DNA from: Basidiobolus meristosporus CBS 931.73
Taxonomy: Eukaryota > Fungi > Basidiobolomycota
Length of the DNA: 64,000 nt
Reading direction: 5' to 3'
Assembly: GCA_002104905.1 (NCBI GenBank)
Contig: MCFE01000217.1
Coordinates: 1-64,000, forward strand
The position numbers were made by a program, and so were the translations under genes. Below, piece by piece: positions 11,900 through 23,101 of this stretch; the stretch's first letter is position 1; each line of letters opens with the position of its first letter. The notes beneath the pieces are model-generated. The model made no database searches, had not been told where the DNA came from, and saw only the letters and a list, made by a program, of their open reading frames with translations.

Positions 11900-14200
11900 C
11901 CTGTATAGGCCTGGCAAAATCCCAATATGCAATGAGACAACACCCATGGAAAAGATGCCAAGGATACTTTATGGACCCAAGTGAGCCCAGTGATCCATCT
12001 ACTAGTGAATGATGTGATGTTGTGACTAGAGAAGTGACAAATCTCCACTAAAATCAGTAATTGGGGCTTTGAGGATTTATATTACTTTTTGCTGGGATGC
12101 CACTTACCATGTAGACTGTACAAATGCAAAACAGTCATTTAGCTGGTAACATACAACCCAGACACCATCCTGATACCAGCATGTGCTAACAGTTGCATGG
12201 TATTCACATCAAAAAATACCACCATTGCAAGGCTACCCGGTCAGGAATCCACCAATATAGAAGGAAACATTGTTCACACTATGGATATATATTCCAGTAA
12301 TAGCCTGTCTAAAGAAGCTCAAGCTGTCCAACAAATATTGTGAAGCTATAATGTACTGCACTCTGTATCAATCAAGTGCAAGCATTTCCAGCATATTTGA
12401 TGGCAAATATTTCAAACAACTAAGAAGCAAGGGCCACATTGAAGGTGTGTATGACCATACCTTTTCCTTGGCACTTGATGAATTCTTATTAAACAAGTAC
12501 TCCACCAGCAAATCCTGCAGGTCACTGATTTGCATCAACCCAAATCCACGGCCTATCTTGCGGTATTGGAGCAGAAGTCTGATAGTAGTCTCTCTAGCAT
12601 CTGGGCCAATATCATTATCTATCCTGGTCAGCTGCCTGTATCCATTGCTGGATGAATTTTGTAAGTTTTCCAGAGAATTACTACTGAATGGCCATCATAT
12701 CAATGCACATACTTTTTCTGCATTGGAGATAGCCCAGCCATCAGCAAGATAGCCAGCTTTTGTGGGCACAATAAACAGTATTGCTGCCAATGGTGTGAAA
12801 CCCAGATTATTTACATTTTAACTGACACACATTCCCTGTGAAAAATCTCAAGCTTGGAACTCATCTGATTTTCAGCTGTTATTCAGCTGGCTTTATAATG
12901 GTATTTTGATGGTATTCAGCTGGTGTTTTTGGCTCAAGATTTCAAATGCAATTTGTGATGCATGTAATGGGCAGCTGATTACCAAATTTGGCATGGATGC
13001 TAGTTGGTGTAGTCTCCTCCTGGATAATGTGTTTGCTTACCTGCCAATTAGCCAACAACAGAGATATTATGAGTTGTCAATTTTGAGAAACTTGTAATTC
13101 AGCTGATATTGTGTTGGTATTTTGCTGGCCTTTTGTTGATTTTTTTTCTTAGGGATTGTTATTATCCAAACACCAGCACCAAGAACTTCATCTACCTACA
13201 GAGAGAATATACAGAATTCAGCATGTAATTACAGCAATGCTAGTATGATATAAGCCATAGGCTGGAATATCAAATTATTGGAAACTGGAGATACTCAAGA
13301 TCAAGGATATCTGTTGGAGCAAAAGCTTTCACCTGGAAGCAAAGGATTTGCTTTTCAACAGTACCCCTATACTGATGAACAAGTTGTACATGGGGCTTTT
13401 CAAGCTGAATGAGCCCTTTGAGATGCCAGAGAAATTTGAAAGAATTGGCAAGTTATCACAGAGTATCTGCTACCAAAAGTACTTCTCACATGTGCCAATC
13501 AATATTCATATATATAGGCAACAATGTAAATGCAAGGACTGGATGAACTTGATATGTATTTTATCAAGTTGCCTTCTGAATTCATTTCTACCAAGAGTAC
13601 ATTGGAAGCACTAAGAGTCATATGTTGACATTGTAGGTGTGTGCATTCAGAAGCATATTGCTAATGCCAACTTGACACATCTAGAGCTTTTATGCAAGGA
13701 GTTTGTGACAAGATTTGAGCAGCAATACTTTAGGCATAAAGCTGAAGATACTCAGGTGGTATTTATGGGCAAAGTGGTTGCAACCAAGCATATGTTTGTA
13801 AGATATATATGGTATCAACAACACTAACTTTGCTAGTATAACACTAAAAAGCTATAGAGTTAAGGTGGTAGAAGTGTGTCAATTGCAGTGGGTGTGCATG
13901 CACATAGTGGTTAGTAAGCAGGAGGCCATAGTTCTTTTATTCAAGCTATATGTGGAATACCCAGGGTAGTAGTGGGTAAGCAAATAAAGAGTAGTGATTC
14001 TACAGTGGAATACATGAATGCCACAAGGGGAGGTAGAAAAAGAAAATATCTTTTGGTAAAATGATATGGTAGCAATAAATAGAACTAGTGGTAGGCTGCC
14101 ATACTGCCATTATAATGCCGGTAAAGGTTTGCAATGAGGCCATCAGTACACCATTAGGTTTGTTGCCATGTAGGGCAACTGGATGTAATGGCTGGTTTGG
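11900..14200 (+). pseudogene. CACTA/EnSpm-like (tnp2, Transposase_21-type) transposase relic A
   Basis: Contains FDGKYFKQLRSKG...LALD, then LASGP...LYPLLDEF, then GDSPAISKIASFCGHNKQYCCQWCE (12725-12800), then the C-terminal KDWMN...FLPRVHW...ELLCKEFVTRFEQQYFR. It is frameshifted and interrupted by the MITE. Confidence 0.75.
12834..13154. mobile_element. 321-bp MITE, copy 2, with 3-bp TSD ATT
   Basis: att|ccctgtgaaaaatc ... tttttcttaggg|att, with subterminal (A/T)TTCAGCTG repeats. The homologous relic at 55594-55619 shows the empty site. Confidence 0.85.
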
Positions 14201-14629
14201 TCTGCTCAATTAAATGTAGAGCACATTAAGACTGCTCAAATGCCATGCAAATCTTGTCAAAAGACCACCTAAGTACCATCAACTTTTTAACTTTATTTGG
14301 TAGTAAAATAAGCAAAATGCCCTCATGATTCCATCCTAAGCAAAAGCACTGTCACAATCCAATCATAGCATTGTGAAGAGGGTTAATAATATTAAGCTGC
14401 AAGCATTATGATGGCCTCACTGTGGGATCTTGACAGCTGATCCAGTTCAGATCTACCTGCCGGACCATATAATTTTTCATATGGCATATCACTTCTAATT
14501 CTCCTCAGAATATTGCAAGATGCAATGGCACAGGGAAGTCAGGAGACACACCTGAGATGGAATGGGTGGATATTGTGAGTATAGCAATCACCATTCCAGG
14601 TAGAGAAGATGTATTTCTTCTGCAAAAAA

Positions 14630-15750
14630 GAAACTCAAGTATATCTGTCACACCAACTAAGTTTCAGTTGTATCCCAATATGGTTGCAGAGGAACTCCAC
14701 ACACATATTGAAGCACAATATAGGTGACCAATCACAATTCATATAGAGAAACTGATCACAGCAAGGGAAGGAGAGAGGTTGATAAGTATGCCAAAGTTTA
14801 AAAGTAATAAGTTGTAACAGATCTGTGAAGCTGTTGAGTGCAATAATGTAGGGTGGGCTAATATTTAAGAGGCTGTAAGAAGTCTGGCACACAATCATCA
14901 AAATACTGGCATATCATAGGTCATTGAGGAACTAATGGCCCAGCAAAAGGTGTGTAACCTGTTCCATGAGCATAATTATGGGCCCAAACAAGCAAATGGA
15001 TTTTGGGCCAGCATTGATATGCTAAAAAGCCATCTCACAAATAATGGCAACTATAAAAGATAGAAGAGCTTTGGTGTTGGGGCTAAACATCAGTAGCCTC
15101 CTCACATGCTGGTCACAACCAGGCTAAAAGCTTACTTAGAATATTTTCACCAAAATATCAGCTACCCAGAACATGAAAATTCTCAAAGTTGTCCAAACAG
15201 CCCCAAACTTTGCACACATGTTCTTGGTACCTTCCTAAGCCCATTCTGCATGTTTGTTTGGCTAGATCTATAAAAGAGTAGGTACTACTCTGATATTCAG
15301 TAAGTCATAAAGTTAATACCACATAATCTACTTGTTCCTCCAATCACTTCCTAAATCTGCAAGACTCTTACAACAAGAACTCTATGCCAAACTTCTATCA
15401 TAAGATATGTCAAAGCGTTAAATCAGTGTTGATGATCCACTTCTGGACAAATGCTGCTACAATGGCAAATATTACCCCCAATGCTTCCAATGTATTCTGG
15501 GTATAACTTGCTCCAGAGGGCTAGTTGAACAAAGATATGTCCAGTTCATCCAGTCCTTGAGTTAGTACTGTTGCATATGTGTATGATTATCAATTGGAGC
15601 TTGTGAGTAGTGTGGTAATCCAGAGTATTTGATCACTACAATATTTGAAAACCCATATTGCACTCATTTCTTTATTTTGCCTTTTACTATAATAACACAC
15701 ACATCAAAGATCAAGAATTTTCAATTTTGAAGGAAAAGAGCTCAAGACCC
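14630..15750 (-). mobile_element. CACTA-like transposase relic (C-terminal part), interrupted by an LTR fragment
   Basis: 15480-15600 on the minus strand is homologous to 13510-13640 (aaggactggatgaact...tacattggaagca). Confidence 0.55.
15132..15375 (+). mobile_element. 5'-truncated LTR of the resident copia family
   Basis: Aligns to 44505-44752 and ends ...gactcttacaaca. No PBS follows. Confidence 0.8.
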
Positions 15751-16099
15751 TGACAACCAATACTTTTGAGAATAGTATGTCATTCAGAGCACTCTGTAGC
15801 CAGCACATGTTTCAGATTACACTTCATTTGAAGTATTACTTAACAAGTTATGATCAAAAGAGTCCAATAACCATATCTTAGCCCTCTATAACTAGGATTA
15901 TTATCTGGGTAAAGGGGCTTATTCACATCAGTACAAATTATCATTCAGCTGCATCAGAATATTTGATAGGAATAATTCCACTTGTATGCACAGAAGTATC
16001 AATACCAGTTGGTCATAGGATTCAGATTTTGAGATAGCCTTTTGCCAGTACTATAACAATCATTTCTTGTGGAGATAACTTAGTTAAGCTATCATACAG

Positions 16100-16300
16100 C
16101 TTTAGGTATATAGTTCTATATGATATATTTGAAAGTTCATGGACCAGGAACAAACTTGAGTATCTGAGATAACAGTTGAGAATAGTAAATATAAGTTCTC
16201 AGCTGAGTGGGAATGTTGTAACTTTTGTGAATACACCTATAAGTTTATTTAGCTTAGTCACACAGATCATTATCAACAAATCTTGGCAAACTTTGCCCAG
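16100..16300 (+). mobile_element. 3' end of an older copia relative (RNase H tail, PPT, LTR start)
   Basis: RNKLEYLR resembles RDKFEYLR. The PPT agctgagtgggaa (16201-16213) is 12/13 identical to 44391-44403 and is followed by tgttgta at 16214. Confidence 0.6.
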
Positions 16301-16334
16301 GTCCATAGTTGAAATTTGTACAGGATATATATGT

Positions 16335-16670
16335 TTTGAGAGCTTGAAGATACTGGAAGTGACTTGGAAGACAAGTAGATTATGCAGTTTTCACTTAATG
16401 ACATATTTAATTTAAAAGTAGAGCTTCTGATTTTGCATGGTCTTAGCAAAATAAATACATAAACATGTTCAGGAAGGTCCCAAAAACATATGTGCAGAGT
16501 TTGAGACAGTTTGGTCAACTTCTCAGAACTTCATGTTCTAAGTACCTGCTATTTTGATGAGATATTCCAAGCAAATCCCAGCCAAGAGTATGATCAGAAT
16601 TCTTCAAGATTTGTAGGTGAAGATCTAAGTGACTCATTTGGGCTAGGATATAGGTGAAGTTACAGAGTTG
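16335..16670 (-). mobile_element. diverged LTR relic of the copia family
   Basis: Shares gacaagtagattatg, aggaaggtcccaa, aaatccca and gatctaagtgact with the LTR at 46765-47114. Confidence 0.65.
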
Positions 16671-19237
16671 ATGGCAATCTAGTCTAGATATCCAGCATCC
16701 TGAACATGAAAAGTTGATAAGTTGTCCAAGGTGCTCTATACTTTACACATAGGTTCTTGGAGTCTTTCTAAGCATATTCAACAAGCATGCTTTGGCAAGA
16801 CCAAGTAAAAATACAAATACAGTGCTCATATTGAGTATATTGCTGATCATAGCAATGCAATGTCTACCAGTTCTCCCAATCACTTCTGTTATCTCCAAAA
16901 CCTCTGCAATATGTTGGACAGCTTACCACTTTATCATGTCCTTGATATCTGATATTCTAGTAAAGTGTTAGTTAATTCCCAACAATAGATTTGGACAAGA
17001 TATTCCAAGATTTGTTAACTGTGATATAAGTAACTCAGCTAATGAAGTATATATGTGTTGTTACAGAATTTACAATCATATCTTACTTTGGCATGATTAT
17101 GGGAGACCAAAAGCCAAAGCCTTTTTAGAAGATCCTCAAGAAAGCTTGTGCATGGTCTGAGGGCTTGGTAACAGCTCATGATATTTAATGTTATGGGTCT
17201 CTGGCATTTTGCATAAAATAAATCAAGCAAATCCCAACAAAGAGTTTAGGCAAGAAAAGTAGAATGCATGCAGCATGATCTAAATGGCTGCATTGATGTT
17301 TGTATATGGGTGTAAATACAAAATTTACAACAGCACTAACCCAGGCCAGTAGCCTCACAAGCTATGAGTAATACAAGCTTTGTTGATGCAATTGGTGAAG
17401 AACACTATCATGTCAGCATGAGTGCAATATACATGCAAAAAGGTGCAGATTTAAATATTTCCCAGACATTTATCCAAGGCTGCTCAAAGCTCCATATGGT
17501 CATTAAGAAGTATGGCTACTCATGCAAGCTAGTTTTACATAAAAGGAATTGTCTTAACGACCATTACTAGTTGAATTTGGGAATCTCAACTGTCTAAAGG
17601 CCGTACGTAGCCGGGGAAAGTGACAGTAATCCTTTCGAGGCCATAGGTTGTCAATCAAGGTCAATATTGCAAAACGACCGATTGCCTAGGTATTTCGAGT
17701 ATTGTGTTACTCTGGTATAACATAATCCAACGAGCCTCCACAGATGCTTCTGCCAATACACGGCATGGTTTCGCACTCTACTGTATGTATGTTCCTAAAC
17801 CATTCAGGCAGTAAAATGAAACAGCGATAAACATAAACGAGTGATGATGGGTGACGAAAACTCAGCAGTATGCCTGCACTAGAACAAAGCATCACCGACA
17901 TTTGGGCTAGTTGCATGCACCTGATGAAACTGGGTTTAAGAAATGTATGCGCGATCGAAATCATAGGAATAGTCAATCAATTTGTACTTGATCTATGTCC
18001 AATCAGTTCATTCCAGTGGATTACATAAACACACTTGGCAAATCGCGTTGGATACTGGCTCAACTATGGGTCAACGCCGGTAGACTCACTAGGGGAGATG
18101 ACAACAGAGAAGCATCCAGGGCGTGTCGGCTGGGCCGCTGGCGAGGTTTGGGAAGTTACGGAATGGCCGAGGGGATTCGGCGACTCTCTACCGTCAAAGG
18201 CCCCAAGCATTTCGGTAATGTGAGCGACAGCTGCTGCTTGGGTGGGGCTTGGTTCTCTGCATTGACTGTTTGGTGCTTCTGTCTCATAGTGACTTCAGGC
18301 CACAGCCAACACGGCAACCCTAAGGGCACCCGCTAAAGATCCATGATCCAGCATCCGGAGTTGATCTATTTTTCATTGTGCATCAGTCGAATACTTGACT
18401 TATAAACAATGCTGGCGGCTTTCTGAGGTGTGGCGCTGTCGGAGGTAAACAAGGACCACACGCCATTGCGTTGCTTTGCGTAATCGGCTGGCATTCCTCA
18501 GCTGGCCATTGTCAGTAGGCACATCTCAGCAACCATCCGATTGGAGGGGATTGAGGCCTGTTCCAAGCGGTTGTGGCGCACAAATCACCGCGAGCAGCTT
18601 GAAGATCCGTAGCGGGATCCGATCGAAGAGATTCATCCGGCCTGATAGGCGCCGGGAGGGGACTGCAATTATCTATCTCTACAGCTTTTGAAACGCAAGC
18701 GACGATTCAGGGGAGCGTGGGTCTGTGCTGGTCAGCCCTGGTTGGCAGCATCCAGTGATCCGATCTCTCCTGGGTGCCGGGAACGCTCCGTCGAATCCTC
18801 TATCATCCGTGGTAATGAAGGGATGCACAGTTGATATTGTAGGTTTTGGAATTGACGAAATAATAAGCACATGCCTAAATTGAATTGCTCAGGTGCCTCA
18901 AACTCCATTGGAACTCTTCCCTTGGTTTCCTATAAATTCTGCGCATCCACGACCACCAGCCTCTTGCCTACCCATTCAACCCCACTAGAGCCGGTTACTG
19001 TCAATTTGTTTATACCCTTTGTTCCCTTCGTCGTTGGTCTTTCTTTCCAGTGTAGACTTTGTATTATTTCCTATTGAATCCCCTTCTGCAAATAACCTTA
19101 CTGACGTTCTGGCTTTGTTAATATCTCCTAAACCCCTAATTGGCTCGCGCTACTGCTAGACACTTAATACTTTCATTAGACACCTAATCGCTCCCCCTGC
19201 CCTCCCCGCTCCATCCACCCCCAGCACCGCTGAATCC

Positions 19238-20632
19238 ATGATTTCTGACTGCGGAACATGCTCGTATTCCTATGCTGACGACGTGAAGGTGCCCAGGAGA
19301 AAGCCCAGCATGAAGCTCCACATCTCGCCCGACAAGGTTTATCGCGGCGCTTTCCTGCTGACCGCCTGCTCGATTATGGTTGGAAGCTACTTCTGCTACG
19401 ACATGCCTGGTGTGCTCAACCGCGAGTTGAGAAAGCATCTCGAGATCGATGTCAACGACTGGCAGTACAAGGTGAACCTGCTGTTCTCGGTCACCTCCCT
19501 GCCCAACGTGATCTTCCCGTTCATCAGTGGGATACTCATCGACAAGATTGGATCCAAATTCGCGCTGATTCTGTTCACCACGACTCTGTGCATCGGCCAT
19601 GCTCTGTTCGCCTTCGGGATCAGCGTGAAGACGTTCTGGATCATGTGTCTGGGACGCACTCTGTTCGGAATCGGCAGCGGCAGCGCGGAGATTGTGCAGA
19701 ATAAACTGACGACTGACTGGTTTCGTGGTAGCCTGCTTGCGTTTGCGCTGGCACTTAACTTGACCTTTGACCGATGGGCGGCTGCCGGTGATGCCATTGT
19801 CTCCCCAAGGCTCTTCCACTTCTTCGGGAATGTTCCTATGGTGACCTGGTTTGGCCTAGGCATGTGCTTGGTGTCGGCGTTCTGCTCGTTCCTCCTGATC
19901 CGTATGGACACGCCCCGCGCGCGTATCCGATCTGGCGTGAATCTTGAGAGCAAGGGCGATACGGCCGACGGGAGCCAAGATATTAAAATCAACGATATTC
20001 TCAATCTGAAGCCGGCATTCTGGTTGCTGTGTGTGCTGGCGGTAACGCTGTACGGCTCCGTACAGCCCTTCTTATATATATCCTCTGACTATCTGCAGTC
20101 GGAGAAGTATCCCGGCAGGCCAGAGACTGCCGGAACGGTGATGTCCATCCCAAGCCTGCTCTCGTCGTTTGGGACCCCTCTCTGCGGCCTGATGATTGAT
20201 CGAGTAGGCCACCATAGCGAGTTGATGACCTTCAGTGCGTTGGTGGTGATTCTGGTCCACGGGTTGCTTGCGTTCACGTCCATCACCCCCGTGCTCCCGT
20301 ACATCATGCTTGGGTTTGGGTATTCTCTGTTCGCAGCCGCACTCTGGCCCTCAGTGCCAAGCCTTGTGCACGAGCGGCAGTTGGGTACCGGGATTGGAAT
20401 CAGCGTAATCGCCTTCAACCTCTCCATCACCGGGGTCCCTATGGTCATTGCCAGGATCCGGGTGTGGACTGGCAGCTTCTTTGCCATCCAGCTGTTTTTC
20501 ATGGCTCTTGCATTTTGCGGGCTTCTGGCTGGCCTTTTGCTCTGCCACATCCAGAAAGTCGAGAAGCAAACGGCCCGGCTGGAGAGTGCTCCCGTCACCG
20601 ACGACAGGAAGCCCCTGCTGGCCGCATCTTAA
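19238..20632 (+). CDS. MFS transporter, MFSD1-like (lysosomal/vacuolar)
   Basis: 464-aa intronless ORF with about 12 hydrophobic segments. GSYFCYDMPG and SLPNVIFPFISGILIDKIG match MFSD1-type TM1/TM2 and motif A. The second half has GLMIDRVG, and the C-terminus has a DxxxLL signal (DDRKPLL). Confidence 0.9.
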   Translation: MISDCGTCSYSYADDVKVPRRKPSMKLHISPDKVYRGAFLLTACSIMVGSYFCYDMPGVLNRELRKHLEIDVNDWQYKVNLLFSVTSLPNVIFPFISGILIDKIGSKFALILFTTTLCIGHALFAFGISVKTFWIMCLGRTLFGIGSGSAEIVQNKLTTDWFRGSLLAFALALNLTFDRWAAAGDAIVSPRLFHFFGNVPMVTWFGLGMCLVSAFCSFLLIRMDTPRARIRSGVNLESKGDTADGSQDIKINDILNLKPAFWLLCVLAVTLYGSVQPFLYISSDYLQSEKYPGRPETAGTVMSIPSLLSSFGTPLCGLMIDRVGHHSELMTFSALVVILVHGLLAFTSITPVLPYIMLGFGYSLFAAALWPSVPSLVHERQLGTGIGISVIAFNLSITGVPMVIARIRVWTGSFFAIQLFFMALAFCGLLAGLLLCHIQKVEKQTARLESAPVTDDRKPLLAAS

Positions 20633-21324
20633 CGTCGCATCTACCCGTATCGGCCCCAGCAAGCCGACCGCCCGCAAGAAGGCCATCACAGGCCAAGATT
20701 TGCTATGCGGCCCCTGTACCCACACGAACCCATCCGGGCGACAACACCAATCGTGGCACCTTCCCCACTATCCCTATTTGTTTTTTCCTGCCTGTCTGGC
20801 GCAACTTGCTATTAGTTGTGTCGCCTTAAACAGCACAATAAAACCGCACCAAAATAGATTCTGCTTGGGCTGCTGTTTATTTGGATCGCTAGCTGCTGGC
20901 CTTAAACAGGCATAGCTCGTGACCTGGATATGCGTTGCTGGTCATCTGGCCAGGAACTGGGTGACACCTCCCTTTTTCGCCGGAGTTTAATCATGTCTCA
21001 CCAGCGTCTATGCCAATGGGCGGCCAGTGGGAAATGGGTGGGCTGGCCATAACCTGGCCCAAACAGGGATGCGGTTGCTGTGTATCCCCGTGGCCCAAAT
21101 AACCCTACAGCATCGGATTAATTTGCGCTTCCCTTACAATGGTCAAGTGGTGCTTCCCGGTTTGGAAGGGACATTAGGCCGCCGGATCAGGTGGCCAACG
21201 GTGACTCATCCCCATTCCATCTTCTGCACAACCGCTGATTCCGGAGTTGGAACGTAGGTGATCGTGGCAAGTCAGGATCTGCTGGATCAATGCGACTTGC
21301 TTGGTGAGCACCAACTCTGTTCCT

Positions 21325-21385
21325 CCCCGAACCCCAACCCAATCCAACCCGATCCCGCCCAGACCTCAACCCCAACCAGGACCCA
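21325..21385 (+). repeat. C-rich degenerate pentamer repeat (CCAAC/CCGAC) upstream of the deacetylase
   Basis: ccccgaaccccaacccaatccaacccgatcccgcccagacctcaaccccaacc. Confidence 0.5.
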
Positions 21386-21892
21386 GCGGGAGCTCAGCCG
21401 CTCCCACCACGTTGGGTTGGGAACTGTTTGTGGAGCCTGATCTCGGCTGTGGGAGGCTGTTGCCGGATGTTGCGCGCTGAAACACCGCTTCGTTCCTCCC
21501 AGTGTTTCTGGAAACACGCCACCTTCCGACGGCTCGAGGTTTGTTCGAGCAGCCGCCCTATGCCAATCATCGCCATCACGCAAGCCATTTGCCTCGGGCC
21601 TGGAATACCATTAGCATTGTCGAGTGGGTAGATGGAGCATCCCATTGGCTCCGATCGCCAGCCAGCATATATCGAGTCTCATCCCATATCAGCTGCCTAT
21701 GAAATACCGCTGTTCTCCGAAATGTATAATCTTCGAGACCAATGAAGATTGGAGGTACGTCAGGTGGAATGCCCATCTGTCAAATATGAGCACTCGGGCA
21801 TGTGTTACGCCATCAACTCAACTCGAAACTACTTCAAATCCAGCCATCGATTTTGGACTTCATTATACTTCGTCAGCGGGAACCAGCCAGCT

Positions 21893-23101
21893 ATGAGCTC
21901 CAAAGAAGCAAACGTCATCCTGAAAATCACCAACGGCCGCATCGTCCGCGATGGGCAGCTCGTCTCAGACGAGCACCTCTACGTGAAAGATGGCAAGTTC
22001 GTCAACGGAATGAACTTTTTCTGGGACCACGCCGACCTGGTGGAGGAGGTCATTGACGCCGAAAACGCCATCATTGCCCCCGGGTTTCTGGACATTCAGA
22101 TCAACGGCGCCCTCGGGGTAGACTTCACTGCTGACCGGGAGGACCTCGGCGAGAAACTGGAGAAGGTGGCCAAAGGGCTTCTCAAGTGGGGCTGCACCTC
22201 GTTTTGCCCCACCATCGTCAGCTCCCGACCGGAGATTTATTCCGAATCCATGCACTTGTTTGCGCGTCGAGATGGGAGCGTCGAGCACGGCGCCAGCATT
22301 CTAGGTGCTCACTTGGAAGGCCCGTTCATTTCCCCCTCAAAATTCGGTGCTCACGAGGTCCAAACTCTCCGCACGGCTCCAAACGGTGTGGCCGACTTGT
22401 TTGACTGCTACGCCATCAAGCATGGGGAAACATCCAACATTGCCATCATTACGGTGGCTCCGGAGGTCGAGGGCGTCATGGAGGCCATCCCGGAGCTGGT
22501 CAAGGAGGGGATTGTTGTGAGTATAGGCCACTCGGTTGCCACCACAGACCAAGCGGAAGCAGCGGTCAGCAAAGGGGCGAACTTGGTGACACATATGTTC
22601 AATGCACTGCAGGAGTTCCACCATCGTGACCCCGGGATCATTGGTGTTCTAGGCAGTCCCAAGCAGCGACCCTACTACGGGCTAATCTGCGATGGCATTC
22701 ATTCCCATCCAAACTCGGTCAAAATCGCATATGATTCTCACCCGGACGGGGTGATTCTCGTTACGGATGCGATGAGCGCGGCCGGCCTCCCACCAGGCAA
22801 GTATTATTTGGGAAATATGTCCGTCGACAAGTCCTCCGACCGAGTCTACATCACCGGCACCAAGACTCTGGCTGGCTCCGTGGTGACCATCGATGAGTGT
22901 GTGCAGAACTTCCAGAAGTTCACCGGTTGCTCGGTTGTCGAGGCGATCGAAGCTGCCACCCTGCATCCTGCAAAAGCTCTTGGGATCACCCACAAGAAGG
23001 GCACATTCAAGGATGGGGCCGATGCGGACATTGTGTTTTTAGACGACGAGCTGAATGTCAAACGAGTCTTCGTAAGTGGACAAGAGGTCCCTTTGGAATG
23101 A
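21893..23101 (+). CDS. nagA: N-acetylglucosamine-6-phosphate deacetylase (amidohydrolase; DAC1/NAG2/AMDHD2-type)
   Basis: Motifs PGFLDIQING, HLEGPFI, GHS, THMFNA, DGIHSHP, VTDAM and LAGS. The likely start is ATG 21893 (MSSKEANVILKITNGRIV); the upstream extension to 21749 is not homologous. Intronless, 402 aa. Confidence 0.97.
   Translation: MSSKEANVILKITNGRIVRDGQLVSDEHLYVKDGKFVNGMNFFWDHADLVEEVIDAENAIIAPGFLDIQINGALGVDFTADREDLGEKLEKVAKGLLKWGCTSFCPTIVSSRPEIYSESMHLFARRDGSVEHGASILGAHLEGPFISPSKFGAHEVQTLRTAPNGVADLFDCYAIKHGETSNIAIITVAPEVEGVMEAIPELVKEGIVVSIGHSVATTDQAEAAVSKGANLVTHMFNALQEFHHRDPGIIGVLGSPKQRPYYGLICDGIHSHPNSVKIAYDSHPDGVILVTDAMSAAGLPPGKYYLGNMSVDKSSDRVYITGTKTLAGSVVTIDECVQNFQKFTGCSVVEAIEAATLHPAKALGITHKKGTFKDGADADIVFLDDELNVKRVFVSGQEVPLE

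Noticed and set aside
19184-20260. Long antisense ORFs (211 aa, 202 aa) over the MFS gene, and similar ORFs over nagA, CBM21 and the exonuclease
   Set aside because: These are shadow frames expected from GC-rich codon usage and contain no motifs.
21749-21892. 48-aa N-terminal extension of the deacetylase ORF
   Set aside because: It begins at a non-ATG codon and is not family-like. ATG 21893 fits the family start.
21893-23101. Bacterial horizontal origin of the intronless nagA
   Set aside because: The PGFLDIQINGxxGVDF motif (QxN in place of HxH) is the eukaryotic AMDHD2/DAC1 type. Lack of introns alone is not evidence.
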